Positions 18,865-29,209 are shown, counted from the first letter of the stretch. The stretch: DNA of 64,000 nt from an uncultured Candidatus Saccharibacteria bacterium (GCA_964617735.1 CAZTXT010000002.1:12536-76535); one strand, 5' to 3'. Program-made: numbers and translations. The notes: generated from the letters alone by a model not told the origin.

Positions 18865-19697
18865 ACACGGTAAAAGAAAACCTCAAACGCGTGCCGGTAA
18901 TCGGCAGAGCATCGGTTTCCCTCTACAGCAAACTCATCCGCGCCAAAAATCGGAAGCTCATTCGCAGGAATGCTGAACTGAAGAATGCCTTCGCGGGAAG
19001 GCGCTGCTTCATCATCGCAACCGGACCCTCGATAAAGACGCAGGACCTCAAACCTCTTTCGGGGGAGCTTTGCATCAGCGTGAGCAATTTCTTCCTGCAT
19101 CCCGATTTTAAGATCATACGACCACAATTCCATCTCTTCGTGGCCTCCCATCCGCCCGTAACCGAGGAACAATACACTGCTTATTTCAAGGACGCCGAAA
19201 AGCATTTCCCGGAAGGGCAGAAGGTTCTCGTTTCGATCACCGACAAGCATATCGTAGATAAATCGTCAGTATTCAAAAAACAAAATGTCTACTATTACTC
19301 TCTCGGGCACAAACCACTCAACGACACGATCGATTTTTCCCGAGATCTTCCGATCATCCAGACCAGCGCTCAAACTGCCAGCTACCTCGCCCTCTATCTC
19401 GACGCTTCGGCTCTATTTCTCTTAGGGTGCGACCATGACTGGATCCTTCATGTCGGTGAGACCCGGCACTTTTACAGCGAGAAAGATAGCTCACTCTCTC
19501 AAGCCGGGTATAGTGAATGGAGCGAGGACTTTGGACGAGAATGCGAGGCGTACGTAAAGCTCTGGGATGTATACCGAAAACTCAAACGCTACACGGTTTC
19601 TCGAGGCATTGCGATCACCAACTGCACCAATGGCGGGCTGCTCGATCTCTTTCCACGGAGAACGCTCGAGTCCGTGATCAAAAACAAAACACTATGA
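18862..19697 (+). CDS. DUF115 (Maf/MptE-like) family protein, putative nonulosonate-type transferase
   Basis: CFIIATGPSIK resembles the GPSL-type motif of DUF115/motility-accessory-factor proteins. The start was set at ATG 18862, giving an ATGA overlap with the upstream stop. Confidence 0.4.
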
Positions 19698-20494
19698 GCT
19701 TATCGCATCGAGTAGAGCGCATAAAACGTGCATGGTCCGAGCGCAAACGACAGCGGAAAGGAGAATCGCTGATAAAAAAATATGCTCGATTCCCGCGCTA
19801 CACGCCAACGACACTGCACTGGGATGGCATCGAGTTGTCGGCCCCTGACGGCATTTCAGTTGCGCATCAGATCAACGAGGTATTGATGCTGGAGAAATTA
19901 AGATTTGATACCCCATCAAATCCGATCATCTACGATTGCGGCGCGAATGTCGGTGTCGTAAGCATCTATTTTAAAAAGCTCTTTCCGCAAGCAAAGATAA
20001 TCGCGTTCGAAGCAGATACAAAAATCGCTTCATTCCTGAAAGAAAACCTCAGAAAAAACAAAGTCGAGGATATATCCGTCGTGGAAAAAGCCGTATGGGT
20101 CGATTCCAAGGGGGTTGATTTTGGCTCTGAAGGAGCCGACGCGGGCTCGATCCATCGAACGCAGGAGAAAACCAGAGTACCGTCAGTGCGACTGCGCGAT
20201 TACCTTGCCTCGGAAAAACGCATCGCGATGCTCAAGATCGACATCGAAGGGGCGGAACTCGAAGTCCTGGAAGACTGCCGGGATGCGCTCAACGGAGTCG
20301 AGAGAATCTTCGTCGAATTCCATTGCGAGAAATCAAAACCACAAAAACTCGACCGTATGTTAAGCCTGCTCTCGGAAAACGGGTTCAGATATTTCATAGA
20401 GAATACGACCGTACTAAAGCATCCATTCATCGATATCCCCAAAGGCCCTACGGATCTTCAGGTCAATATCTATGCATATCGCCGCAAGAATTAA
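19694..20494 (+). CDS. FkbM-family methyltransferase
   Basis: IYDCGANVGVVSIYF and a C-terminal FkbM-like region. The start was set at the internal ATG 19694 (ATGA overlap). Confidence 0.65.
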   Translation: MSLSHRVERIKRAWSERKRQRKGESLIKKYARFPRYTPTTLHWDGIELSAPDGISVAHQINEVLMLEKLRFDTPSNPIIYDCGANVGVVSIYFKKLFPQAKIIAFEADTKIASFLKENLRKNKVEDISVVEKAVWVDSKGVDFGSEGADAGSIHRTQEKTRVPSVRLRDYLASEKRIAMLKIDIEGAELEVLEDCRDALNGVERIFVEFHCEKSKPQKLDRMLSLLSENGFRYFIENTTVLKHPFIDIPKGPTDLQVNIYAYRRKN

Positions 20495-21476
20495 ACGAAA
20501 GATCGGAACTCTACGTGAGGCCGCGGTGGCTAAAATCGCGCTCTCCGGAGAGGGGGCGCTGGCACTTTTGTATCATCGCATCGCCACCCTTCCCTACGAC
20601 CCACAACGACTCTGCGTCTCCCCTGAGAATTTCAGGGACCAGCTTGCACACCTCAAGAGAACCTATCGCATGCTCCACCCGAAAGAATTCATCGAGATCA
20701 TTACCGCAAAGAGGGCTCTCCCCAAACGAAGCTGCATCATAACGTTCGACGACGGATATGCAGACAATGTCAAAGAGGCGCTGCCGATCCTTGAGGATGC
20801 AGGCGTCACTGCTATCTTTTTCATTGCGACCGGATATGTCGGCGGGCGGCGTGAATTCTGGTGGGATGCACTCGAACAAATCGTTTTGGGCAAAGAAGTG
20901 CTCGGGGTCCCCTTCCTCCCGCTTTCGGTTTCGTCTCCTGTCGCAGGAAAACGCATAGAGCACCGGACTATTGTTTCAGATAAAGATCGGCATTACTTCT
21001 ACCGCGATATGATTAGACTTCTCAAAACCCTTCGGCCTGATGAGCGCGATTCGATCATACGCGATGTCGCGCAAAGCTTTGGCAGAGAGCTCAAAACCAG
21101 AGAATCGCACCGACCCATGACCGAAGCGGAGTTGGTATCACTCTCCCGATCACCCTCTGCAGTCATCGGCGCCCATACCGTGCACCACGCAAGCCTCGGC
21201 GTACTCACACCGAAAGAGCAACTCGAAGAACTATCGGAGTCGAAAAATACGCTTCAGAAAATAACGGGAAAGTCCGTGGCCGCCGTGGCGTATCCCTATG
21301 GGAGCGCGCATGACTTCAATAGAGAGACGAAAATCGCATGCCGCAACGCAGGCTTCACGCTCGCGTTTTCCAACTGCCCGGGGAAGATAAAGTCGCACTC
21401 CGACCTCTTCGCGCTGCCGAGAATCATGGTTCAAAACGTCGAGGGAGCGGCTCTATCCTCTTCTCTACCCCAATAA
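20472..21476 (+). CDS. polysaccharide deacetylase (NodB-homology / CE4) family protein
   Basis: CIITFDDGYADNV (TFDDG motif) and downstream His motifs. Confidence 0.7.
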   Translation: MHIAARIKRKIGTLREAAVAKIALSGEGALALLYHRIATLPYDPQRLCVSPENFRDQLAHLKRTYRMLHPKEFIEIITAKRALPKRSCIITFDDGYADNVKEALPILEDAGVTAIFFIATGYVGGRREFWWDALEQIVLGKEVLGVPFLPLSVSSPVAGKRIEHRTIVSDKDRHYFYRDMIRLLKTLRPDERDSIIRDVAQSFGRELKTRESHRPMTEAELVSLSRSPSAVIGAHTVHHASLGVLTPKEQLEELSESKNTLQKITGKSVAAVAYPYGSAHDFNRETKIACRNAGFTLAFSNCPGKIKSHSDLFALPRIMVQNVEGAALSSSLPQ

Positions 21477-21482
21477 TCTACA

Positions 21483-22742
21483 ATGCGCATTTTAGAGATC
21501 AATACTATAGATACTCGAGGAGGGGCAGCCAAAGTCGCCTGGACGCTCAAAGGAGAGTTTGAGCGAGCGGGGAACGTCGTCGACTTCTTCGTAAAGCACC
21601 GATACTCGAACGATCCGCATACCTTTGTAATGCGCTGGCCGAGCACCATGAGCCGATCACTGCAGAGAATCCTCAGAAAAGATGTGGGGAGTTTCCTCGA
21701 GAATAAATTGCGCCCGTATCTGGCCAACGATTTAGAGTGGTTCGGCACCGAGAAATTGCTCGAGACCGAAGCTTTTCAAAAAGCGGATATCATCCACTGC
21801 CACAATCTCCATGGAAATTATTTCAGCCTCAAAACCCTAGAGCAGATGTCGGCCCAAAAACCCGTAATCTGGACACTCCACGATATGTGGGCGCTGACGG
21901 CGCATTGCGCGCACACCAAACTTGCGATAGGAAACGATGGATTTTTCCCGTGCGAAAGCCGCAACGCCTATCAATCGCTCTGCTGGCCCAACGAAGCGCA
22001 CCTCACCTCGGTCAAGAAAGAAACCTACGCGCGCTCCACGCTCCATATCGTAGCACCGTGCCACTGGCTGGATCGAAAAGTCTCGGAGAGCATTCTTCAG
22101 CATATGCCTCGCAGTGTGATACCCAATGGTATAGATGTCTCGCTATTCTCGCCAAAAGATAAGAAGGCCCTGCGAGAACGCCTGAATATACCACCTGAAA
22201 GCTGCGTAATACTATTCTCAAGCGCAAGCGGCGCGAGCAGAGAAAAAGGAGGAGACGAGCTGCGCACGATCACACAACATTTTTCAAAGAGAACAGATGT
22301 GCTATTTCTCCTGATCGGAGACACTAAAGAAGTCATGGGCGAGCAGGTACGGTCAATACCGTTTATGGAAAAGCAAAGCGATCTCGCTGATCTCTATGCA
22401 GCCGCAGATATATTTCTTTTCCCTTCTCATGCGGAAACATTCCCTCTTTCAGTACTTGAAGCGATGAGTTCAGGACTTCCTGTCGTTGCGTTCAATGTAG
22501 GAGGAATCAAAGAGGCCGTCACTGATGGCGAGACAGGGTTCCTTTCTGACCCCCTCGATACTGATTCACTGATCAACGCAATCGAAAGACTCATCGGGAT
22601 GGGAGCGAGCGGCCGCAAGAAAATGGGCGAAACTGCTCGGGCCCGCGCGGTCAAAGATTTCAGTCAAACGCGCATGGCCGAGAGCTACAAAGCGCTCTAC
22701 CAACAGGTGCTCACCGAAAGAGCATCGACAAAACATTCATGA
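21483..22742 (+). CDS. GT4-family glycosyltransferase
   Basis: GT-B architecture with a C-terminal EX7E-like region (FPSHAETFPLSVLEAMSSGLPVVA). Confidence 0.8.
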   Translation: MRILEINTIDTRGGAAKVAWTLKGEFERAGNVVDFFVKHRYSNDPHTFVMRWPSTMSRSLQRILRKDVGSFLENKLRPYLANDLEWFGTEKLLETEAFQKADIIHCHNLHGNYFSLKTLEQMSAQKPVIWTLHDMWALTAHCAHTKLAIGNDGFFPCESRNAYQSLCWPNEAHLTSVKKETYARSTLHIVAPCHWLDRKVSESILQHMPRSVIPNGIDVSLFSPKDKKALRERLNIPPESCVILFSSASGASREKGGDELRTITQHFSKRTDVLFLLIGDTKEVMGEQVRSIPFMEKQSDLADLYAAADIFLFPSHAETFPLSVLEAMSSGLPVVAFNVGGIKEAVTDGETGFLSDPLDTDSLINAIERLIGMGASGRKKMGETARARAVKDFSQTRMAESYKALYQQVLTERASTKHS

Positions 22743-23548
22743 TCGTCGTCACCCTACAAGGAGGTCTCGGTAATCAACTGTTCCAATATGCCGCGGGACG
22801 CGCTTTTGCCGCGAAACTCAAAACAAAGGTTTCTTTCGACCCCGCATGGTTCGCCGCAAGTAAACAGCGAACGCTTAAACTCGATCAGTTCAAACTCTCG
22901 CCTGATACGCAAATAGAAATAGGTGTCGGCAAACGCCTTCGGACACCCAAGCACGTGCATGAACGTCTTCCCGGCTTCGATCCTATCCTCACACTTACCG
23001 ATAATTGCATCTACGACGGGTATTGGCAGAGTAGCAAGTACTTCGAGGATATTGGGCAAGAGATCCGCACGGAATTGGAGCTTAAGAATCCGCCAAGCAA
23101 AAGAATGCAGGAGTGGGCAGATGTGATAGCAAGTTCCGCGGGCAGTGTTTCCCTGCATATCCGGCGCGGCGATTACCTCTGGGAAAAACATCAATCGGTA
23201 CTCGGCGTCCTGCCAATCGCCTATTATAAGGAAGCGATCAAAATGCTTGCCGAACGAATAGGCACTCTAACCCTCTTCGTTTTCTCCGACGATATCCCGT
23301 GGGCAAAAAAGAATCTTGACTCCCCTTTTAAGACCTACTTCGTCTCCGACCCCACACTGATCGACACCGAAGAACTGTTCCTGATGAGCCACTGCAGACA
23401 CCATATCATTGCGAACTCCTCCTTCAGTTGGTGGGCGGCGTGGATTAATCAAAAACCAGAGAAGCTAGTGCTTGCGCCCAAAAATTGGTTCAAAGACAAA
23501 GAGCGAGAGCCTCGAGATCTAATTCCGGATACATGGATAACACTCTAG
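22739..23548 (+). CDS. GT11-family alpha-1,2-fucosyltransferase-like glycosyltransferase
   Basis: Motif I GGLGNQLFQYA, HIRRGDY and a C-terminal NSSFSWWAAW motif, all GT11 hallmarks. Confidence 0.7.
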   Translation: MIVVTLQGGLGNQLFQYAAGRAFAAKLKTKVSFDPAWFAASKQRTLKLDQFKLSPDTQIEIGVGKRLRTPKHVHERLPGFDPILTLTDNCIYDGYWQSSKYFEDIGQEIRTELELKNPPSKRMQEWADVIASSAGSVSLHIRRGDYLWEKHQSVLGVLPIAYYKEAIKMLAERIGTLTLFVFSDDIPWAKKNLDSPFKTYFVSDPTLIDTEELFLMSHCRHHIIANSSFSWWAAWINQKPEKLVLAPKNWFKDKEREPRDLIPDTWITL

Positions 23549-24573
23549 CAAAACCGAAAATAAGCGTGCTCATGCCGGTTTATAATGGCGAACGTTTCAT
23601 CGCCGAGTCCATCCACAGCGTGTTCAACCAGACGTTCACCGATTTTGAACTGTTAGTGATAGACGATGGATCGACCGATCAAAGCGCAGCGATCGTCAGC
23701 TCATTTAAGGACAAACGCATCAGACTCGTGCGCAATGAGAAAAACCGGGGACTTGTCGCGGTCCGCAATCAAGCAATCGAACTCTCCCGAGGCGAGTACC
23801 TCGCATGGCTCGATGCCGATGACATCGCACTGCCTGATCGGCTCAAGCAGGAGAGCTCGTTTCTCGACGCACACCATGAGGTAGGGCTTATCGGATGCGC
23901 CGCCGCCATCATCGACGAGGAGGGCAAACGAACGGGTATCGTCTGGAAGAATGCCACCCCACCCGAGAAGATGTCGGTGATGCTCCTCTTCCACAATTGC
24001 TTCACCCAATCGTCGGTAATGCTCCGCCGACCCGCTCTGCTGAATGAGAAGTATCGCGAAGGCTTCGCGCCGGCAGAAGATTACGAACTCTGGACCCGGA
24101 TTGCTGCCACAAAGAAATGCATGAATCTCCCTAAGGTCCTCACTCTCTACCGCAAACATAGAAGCGTCTCTGGATCGAATACTGAAAAAGGGCGGGTTGC
24201 GATCGAGAGAATTACCCGAAGCGAGTTGCAGAAACTGGGGATCAACCCAACAGGAGAGGAATACCGTCTGCACCGAACCAACTATGGATATGACGGGAAC
24301 GACCTGTATAAATTCCTGGATGCTCGGGAATCCTGGCTCATGCGCCTAAAGGAAGCGAATACATCTGCACAGCGCTTCGATACGAAAATATTCGACGAAG
24401 TCCTTGCCGAGCGCTGGCTTGCATCCTGCAGTGCTAATGCAAGCGGTGGCCTGCGCGTCTGGAGACGATTCTGGGATTCTGAACTCCTTAGAGGAGTCAA
24501 AATCGGGCAGCAGCTGATGAGTATCCTGAAATTCGCAATCAAGTGCAGCGTGCGTGTACGCCGGCGTCAATAA
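23533..24573 (+). CDS. GT2-family glycosyltransferase
   Basis: ISVLMPVYNGERFIAESIHSVFNQTFTDFELLVIDDGSTD (GT-A DXD region). The start was set at MDNTLAK (23533); the track start is 23485. Confidence 0.8.
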   Translation: MDNTLAKPKISVLMPVYNGERFIAESIHSVFNQTFTDFELLVIDDGSTDQSAAIVSSFKDKRIRLVRNEKNRGLVAVRNQAIELSRGEYLAWLDADDIALPDRLKQESSFLDAHHEVGLIGCAAAIIDEEGKRTGIVWKNATPPEKMSVMLLFHNCFTQSSVMLRRPALLNEKYREGFAPAEDYELWTRIAATKKCMNLPKVLTLYRKHRSVSGSNTEKGRVAIERITRSELQKLGINPTGEEYRLHRTNYGYDGNDLYKFLDARESWLMRLKEANTSAQRFDTKIFDEVLAERWLASCSANASGGLRVWRRFWDSELLRGVKIGQQLMSILKFAIKCSVRVRRRQ

Positions 24574-24584
24574 ATCCCATCGAA

Positions 24585-25508
24585 ATGCTCATTACCGCAC
24601 TAAGACGAGTAAAGAGAATGGTCCGGGAAACTCGAAAAGCCCTCGCAACACGCTGGCTTTACTTTAGAGCGAACCACCGCAAGAGAGAACACCTCGTCAT
24701 CACTGATTCCGGCCAAAAGGGCGACGATATCTATCCGATGTCGTGTAAAGCCCGCGGATTCTTCTCCTTATTCAACGAGATACTCGATACGATAGCTCTG
24801 TATGGAACAAGCGATATCAGCGTGGTACTCAATCATACGCATTACAACGAACGAGAGACAGACAACATGTGGGATTATTATTTCGAGCCAGTCCAGAATG
24901 TGTCTAAACGCAATTACAAGGCATCGTTCAATATTCGGCCGTTCCGGGACCATCGGATCATGGAGAGTCCAAAGAAGATTGCGCTCTTGCATGAGGTACT
25001 GCAAAAAAGAGTCGTGGTGAAAAAAGAGATACAGCAGGACGCAGATGCTTTTTATGCACAGCACCTTTCAGGACATACCGTCATCGGCGTCCACTTCCGC
25101 GGATACGACGTCGCGGATAATTTTGCTATCGTCTCTCACCTTCTGCGCAAAGCTCCACCCGAGGATTATTGCTCCGTGCTCGATTCAACCCCTTTTGACT
25201 ATGTCTTTCTCGCCACCGATGATATGCCAGCGTACGAATTCTTCCAAAAACGCTATCCGGGTAAAGTCATCTCCTTTTCCCGCCTGAGAGATGACACGAA
25301 GAAAGTCGTTCTCGCGCATAGCGACAAATTCTCCAAAAAAGAATTAGGGAGAGAAGTGCTCATCGACTGCCTGTTGCTCTCTCGCTGTAATATACTGCTC
25401 CACGGCAGCTCAAACATTCCCGCAGCCGCCAAATTCCTCAACCCTGCATTGAAAACCGTGAACCTCGATGTTCTGGCGCTAGAAAAAGAAAAACGGGCCG
25501 GCCGCTGA
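24585..25508 (+). CDS. putative glycosyltransferase of the fucosyltransferase-like (GT11/GT23/GT65) superfamily
   Basis: GVHFRGYD parallels the HxRRGD motif. VFLATDD and HGSSNIPAAAKFL parallel GT11 motifs III and IV. The similarity is weak and taken from memory. Confidence 0.35.
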   Translation: MLITALRRVKRMVRETRKALATRWLYFRANHRKREHLVITDSGQKGDDIYPMSCKARGFFSLFNEILDTIALYGTSDISVVLNHTHYNERETDNMWDYYFEPVQNVSKRNYKASFNIRPFRDHRIMESPKKIALLHEVLQKRVVVKKEIQQDADAFYAQHLSGHTVIGVHFRGYDVADNFAIVSHLLRKAPPEDYCSVLDSTPFDYVFLATDDMPAYEFFQKRYPGKVISFSRLRDDTKKVVLAHSDKFSKKELGREVLIDCLLLSRCNILLHGSSNIPAAAKFLNPALKTVNLDVLALEKEKRAGR

Positions 25509-25526
25509 AACGCGGCCGGCTTTATA
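25497..25526. terminator. bidirectional rho-independent terminator between convergent genes
   Basis: A 9-bp GC stem gccggccgc/gcggccggc with loop tgaaac, followed by tttata. A-rich sequence upstream gives a T-tract on the other strand. The hairpin overlaps the stop codon of the plus-strand gene. Confidence 0.65.
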
Positions 25527-25540
25527 CTAAACGCCGATGT

Positions 25541-26701
25541 TCACTGTTTCCCGTTTATAAATCCGAGTATGCGATCGGCACGCTTTTGCCAGGTATGCTC
25601 CTGTACCTTAAGACGCGCAGTTTCAATTCTCTCCTTCGCGGCTGGGTCGGTAGCGGCTGCGTTTATTCCTTCGGAGAGAGCTTTGGGGTCGCTGGGAGCG
25701 ACGAGATAGGCTGACGTGTCATCCACGATCTCTTCTATCGATTGGAGACGCGTGGCCACTATCGGTTTCCCGGCTGCCATATATTCAAAAACCTTCATCG
25801 GCGACATGTAGTGATTGTAATGCTCGGTCTTCGGAAACGGCGCAACCAAGACATCACAAACCGCGAGACATTCGGGGATCTGCCCGTGCGGTATCCAGCC
25901 GGCAAATTGGACGCGTCCAGAGATGTGGAGATCTCTGCAGGTATCGCGGTATGCTTTGATCTCATCGGTCGATCCCCCAACAATGAGCAAATGAAAACGA
26001 GGGGGCAACAGAGAAAGCGCGTGGAGTAAGGTGGTAATCCCCTTTTCCATACCCATCGTTGAGAGCGCGCCAACATATCCGACGAGAATACTTCCGGTCG
26101 AGACTGCGAACTTCTCCCGCAAAGAGCCGGTGGTCTTCGAAAATGCTTCGACATCCACCGCATTAGGTTCAGAGAAAAGCTTTAAGCTGGAAAGTCCGAA
26201 CCGTTCGATGAGCTCATTGCGCTTCCATCGATTCGTAGCAATAACAGCGCACACGCGCGAAAACAGCGTTCGGTTCATAAATGAACGCTTCGGGAGATCA
26301 TGCACTTCGTAGACAGTCTTAGAGAAAAAGAACGACGCGAGGAGAAGCGGCAAAGCCTCGTTGGAATAGATGATATCGTTTCGTTGAGCGCTCAAGAGCA
26401 GAACACCCAGCGAAAATGCCGAAAAGAACCCGTAGCTCACCGAGAACGCGACTCGTTTGAAAACCGGAACGGAAAAAAGATCGAGTGTGGGAACATAGAC
26501 CGTCTTGAAATCGACGGACAGATCATAATAGTTTTTCGGCGATTCCTTCGCCCGCGCGAGCCGCCGCGGCACAAGCACCGCGGTTTCTACACCCTCCGCT
26601 GCAAAAGCTTCCGCGCTTTTCGCGGCAAAGATCGCTGCCGCTTTTTCTCCCGGGAATCTTCCGTGGAAAAGCAAAAAAAACCTTTGTTTTCGGGCAGACA
26701 T
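25541..26701 (-). CDS. GT4-family glycosyltransferase
   Basis: GT-B fold with a C-terminal E...E region (VAPFPKTEHYNHYMSPMKVFEYMAAGKPIVA). Confidence 0.8.
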   Translation of the reverse strand: MSARKQRFFLLFHGRFPGEKAAAIFAAKSAEAFAAEGVETAVLVPRRLARAKESPKNYYDLSVDFKTVYVPTLDLFSVPVFKRVAFSVSYGFFSAFSLGVLLLSAQRNDIIYSNEALPLLLASFFFSKTVYEVHDLPKRSFMNRTLFSRVCAVIATNRWKRNELIERFGLSSLKLFSEPNAVDVEAFSKTTGSLREKFAVSTGSILVGYVGALSTMGMEKGITTLLHALSLLPPRFHLLIVGGSTDEIKAYRDTCRDLHISGRVQFAGWIPHGQIPECLAVCDVLVAPFPKTEHYNHYMSPMKVFEYMAAGKPIVATRLQSIEEIVDDTSAYLVAPSDPKALSEGINAAATDPAAKERIETARLKVQEHTWQKRADRILGFINGKQ

Positions 26702-26765
26702 TGCAGTAAAGAAATGTTAGCAAAAAAGAAGCGAGTATGCTATTTTAAAGCGACTTTGGAGCTAT

Positions 26766-27935
26766 ATGCAAAAGAAGATACCTCCACGGACACATAAAAA
26801 AGCAAGCCGGAGCGATCCGGCGCTTAAACGTCTGATCCCGGTTTCGGAACCGAACATCGGAGAAAAAGAAAAACGCTACCTAATCGATGCTATCGAGAGC
26901 GGTTGGGTATCATCCAACGGCCCTTACTTGGCTCGATTCGAAAGAAATTTTGCCGCTTATTGTGGACGGGCATACGGACAAGTCGTATCGAATGGGACCG
27001 TCGCACTACACCTGGCGCTTCTTGCACTGGAGATAGGCCCAGGCGATGAAGTCATTGTTCCGAATCTAAGCTTCGTGGCCTCCGCGAATGCCGTCGTGCA
27101 TGCGGGAGCGACTCCTATCTTCGTTGACATAGAACCTGATACGCTCAACATCGATGCGGCGAAAATAAAAGCGAAGATCTCACCCCGCACGAAAGCCATT
27201 ATGGTCGTGCACCTTTTGGGCCACCCAAGCGATATGGACGCGATCGAGAGTATCGCCCGGGAACACCAATTGCGTATCATAGAAGATGCCGCCGAAGCTC
27301 ACGGAGCAACCTATAAAGGCAGAATGTGCGGCTCATTCGGAGATGTCAGTTGTTTCAGCTTCTACGGAAATAAAACTATCACGATGGGCGAAGGAGGAAT
27401 CTGTCTCACCGATGATGCGGAGCTTTATAGAAAAATCAACATCCTTCGCGGTCAGGGAATGACACCGAATAAACGCTACTGGCATGAGATCGTTGGCTAC
27501 AATTATCGCCTGACCAACATTCAAGCGGCACTCGGCTCTGCCCAGCTCGAGCGGATAGGTGAGCTTTTGAAAATAAAACGAGCGAATGCCAAGCTCTATC
27601 AAAAGCTTCTTTCTGGAATAGCGGGTGTTTCCTTTCCCGTTGAAAAGCCCTACGCAAAGAGCAGCTATTGGATGGTAACGATCATGGTTAATACGAAGAA
27701 AGCTGGTATGTCGAGAGATGCGCTGGGAGAGGAGCTGGGCAAAAGAGGTATAGAAACAAGAATACTTTTCTATCCAATTTCTCATTTGCCCCCGTATAAG
27801 ATGAACGGAAAAGGACTGGACGTATCGGAGAGTATCGCGTATGAAGGACTCATGCTGCCGTCATCAACAAAGCTTTCATCAAAAGATATCGCCTATATTT
27901 GCGACCAGATCAAGGATATCCTCGCAAGAAAATGA
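26766..27935 (+). CDS. DegT/DnrJ/EryC1/StrS-family PLP-dependent nucleotide-sugar aminotransferase
   Basis: The N-terminal SNGTVALHLAL block and overall similarity to PglE/PseC/LegC-type aminotransferases. Confidence 0.85.
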   Translation: MQKKIPPRTHKKASRSDPALKRLIPVSEPNIGEKEKRYLIDAIESGWVSSNGPYLARFERNFAAYCGRAYGQVVSNGTVALHLALLALEIGPGDEVIVPNLSFVASANAVVHAGATPIFVDIEPDTLNIDAAKIKAKISPRTKAIMVVHLLGHPSDMDAIESIAREHQLRIIEDAAEAHGATYKGRMCGSFGDVSCFSFYGNKTITMGEGGICLTDDAELYRKINILRGQGMTPNKRYWHEIVGYNYRLTNIQAALGSAQLERIGELLKIKRANAKLYQKLLSGIAGVSFPVEKPYAKSSYWMVTIMVNTKKAGMSRDALGEELGKRGIETRILFYPISHLPPYKMNGKGLDVSESIAYEGLMLPSSTKLSSKDIAYICDQIKDILARK

Positions 27936-29209
27936 CCATCGGTTTTTATTTCGAGTGTCAGAAAAGATCAGGTGGGGTTTATCAATATGCCCTCAACATC
28001 CTGGCTTCGCTGCGCGAGATGCGCGAGCATCGATTCATCGTATTCAACATCTCACCCGACTTCCCTTTTGATGAGTTTCGTCTATCCAACTGGAGCATCA
28101 TCAATCTGATACCGATCGCCCAAAAGAGCGCTCCGTCCGCAAAAACCGAGACACCTCAACAAAAAGAAGTGCGCTACTATGCCTTCAAAAGGCGCCTATC
28201 GCTTCTTATTATCTCTTTTCTGCGCGTACTACATCTTTATTCTCTTGAAGCATTTTTTGCTCAGCAGAAATCAAAGATGCGCGCGCGCGCGTTTGACGGT
28301 AAAGGGATCGATCTCATGCTTTTCCACGGACCTTCTGAACTCTCGTTTCTCACCAAAATTCCTTCTATCGTCCCAGTCCATGACATCCATCACAAACTAC
28401 ATCCCGAGTCTCCGGAGCTTTCAGACATCGGACAATTTAAAAAACGTGAACTCCAAATCGAACAGATTAAAAAACATGCCTATAAAATAATCACGAACTC
28501 GCCTGTAGTTCGAAAGGACTTGATCCGTCTCTATGGGATTCCAGCAGAGCGCGTGGAATCGGTACCCTGTCCACCCCCTCTGTATATGCACGCAAAAATA
28601 GAACCCGATGCTCGCATACGGGTTCAACAGAAATATCACATCCCGGATAAATTCCTTTTTTATCCAGCGCAATTCTGGCCGCATAAAAACCACCGCGGTC
28701 TCATTGAAGCGATGAAAATACTTAAAGACGCAGGTCTTACCCCCAACCTCGTCCTTGTCGGTAGCAATCAGCCGCTGTGGGGAGAATATGAGCGAGTTCA
28801 GAAACTTTCCAGTCAGTATGGGCTTGAGGGCCAGATCCACATTCTCGGTTATGTTGAAAACGAAGAAATGCCCGTGCTCTACAGCATGGCAGAGGCTATG
28901 GTGATGCCGACCCTCTTCGGGTTTACCTATCCGGTATTCGAGGCTTGGCTTGCAGGCTGTCCGGTAATCTACTCCAACGACCGGACCTCGCGGGAGCAAG
29001 CAGGCGATGCGGCGCTTCTCGTTGATCCACACAACCCAGCGGATATCGCCGATAAGATAAAAAGAATTCTTGAGGACAAGGCACTCAGAAAAGACCTTAT
29101 TCAAAAAGGGCTCGCGAATGCCGCACGCAATTCGTCCGAGAAACTAACTGCTAAAATAAGAGAACTATTCACTACGTTTGAAAAAGAGAGGCGCGCCCGA
29201 ACACGTTAA
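27932..29209 (+). CDS. GT4-family glycosyltransferase
   Basis: C-terminal GT4 core (LVGSNQPLWGEYERV...MVMPTLFGFTYPVFEAWLAGCPVI). The start was set at ATG 27932 (ATGA overlap with the upstream stop). Confidence 0.75.
   Translation: MTIGFYFECQKRSGGVYQYALNILASLREMREHRFIVFNISPDFPFDEFRLSNWSIINLIPIAQKSAPSAKTETPQQKEVRYYAFKRRLSLLIISFLRVLHLYSLEAFFAQQKSKMRARAFDGKGIDLMLFHGPSELSFLTKIPSIVPVHDIHHKLHPESPELSDIGQFKKRELQIEQIKKHAYKIITNSPVVRKDLIRLYGIPAERVESVPCPPPLYMHAKIEPDARIRVQQKYHIPDKFLFYPAQFWPHKNHRGLIEAMKILKDAGLTPNLVLVGSNQPLWGEYERVQKLSSQYGLEGQIHILGYVENEEMPVLYSMAEAMVMPTLFGFTYPVFEAWLAGCPVIYSNDRTSREQAGDAALLVDPHNPADIADKIKRILEDKALRKDLIQKGLANAARNSSEKLTAKIRELFTTFEKERRARTR

Noticed and set aside
23701-24273. 190-aa minus-strand ORF inside the GT2 gene
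   Set aside because: It is an antisense shadow of a GT2 gene that has a clear DXD core.
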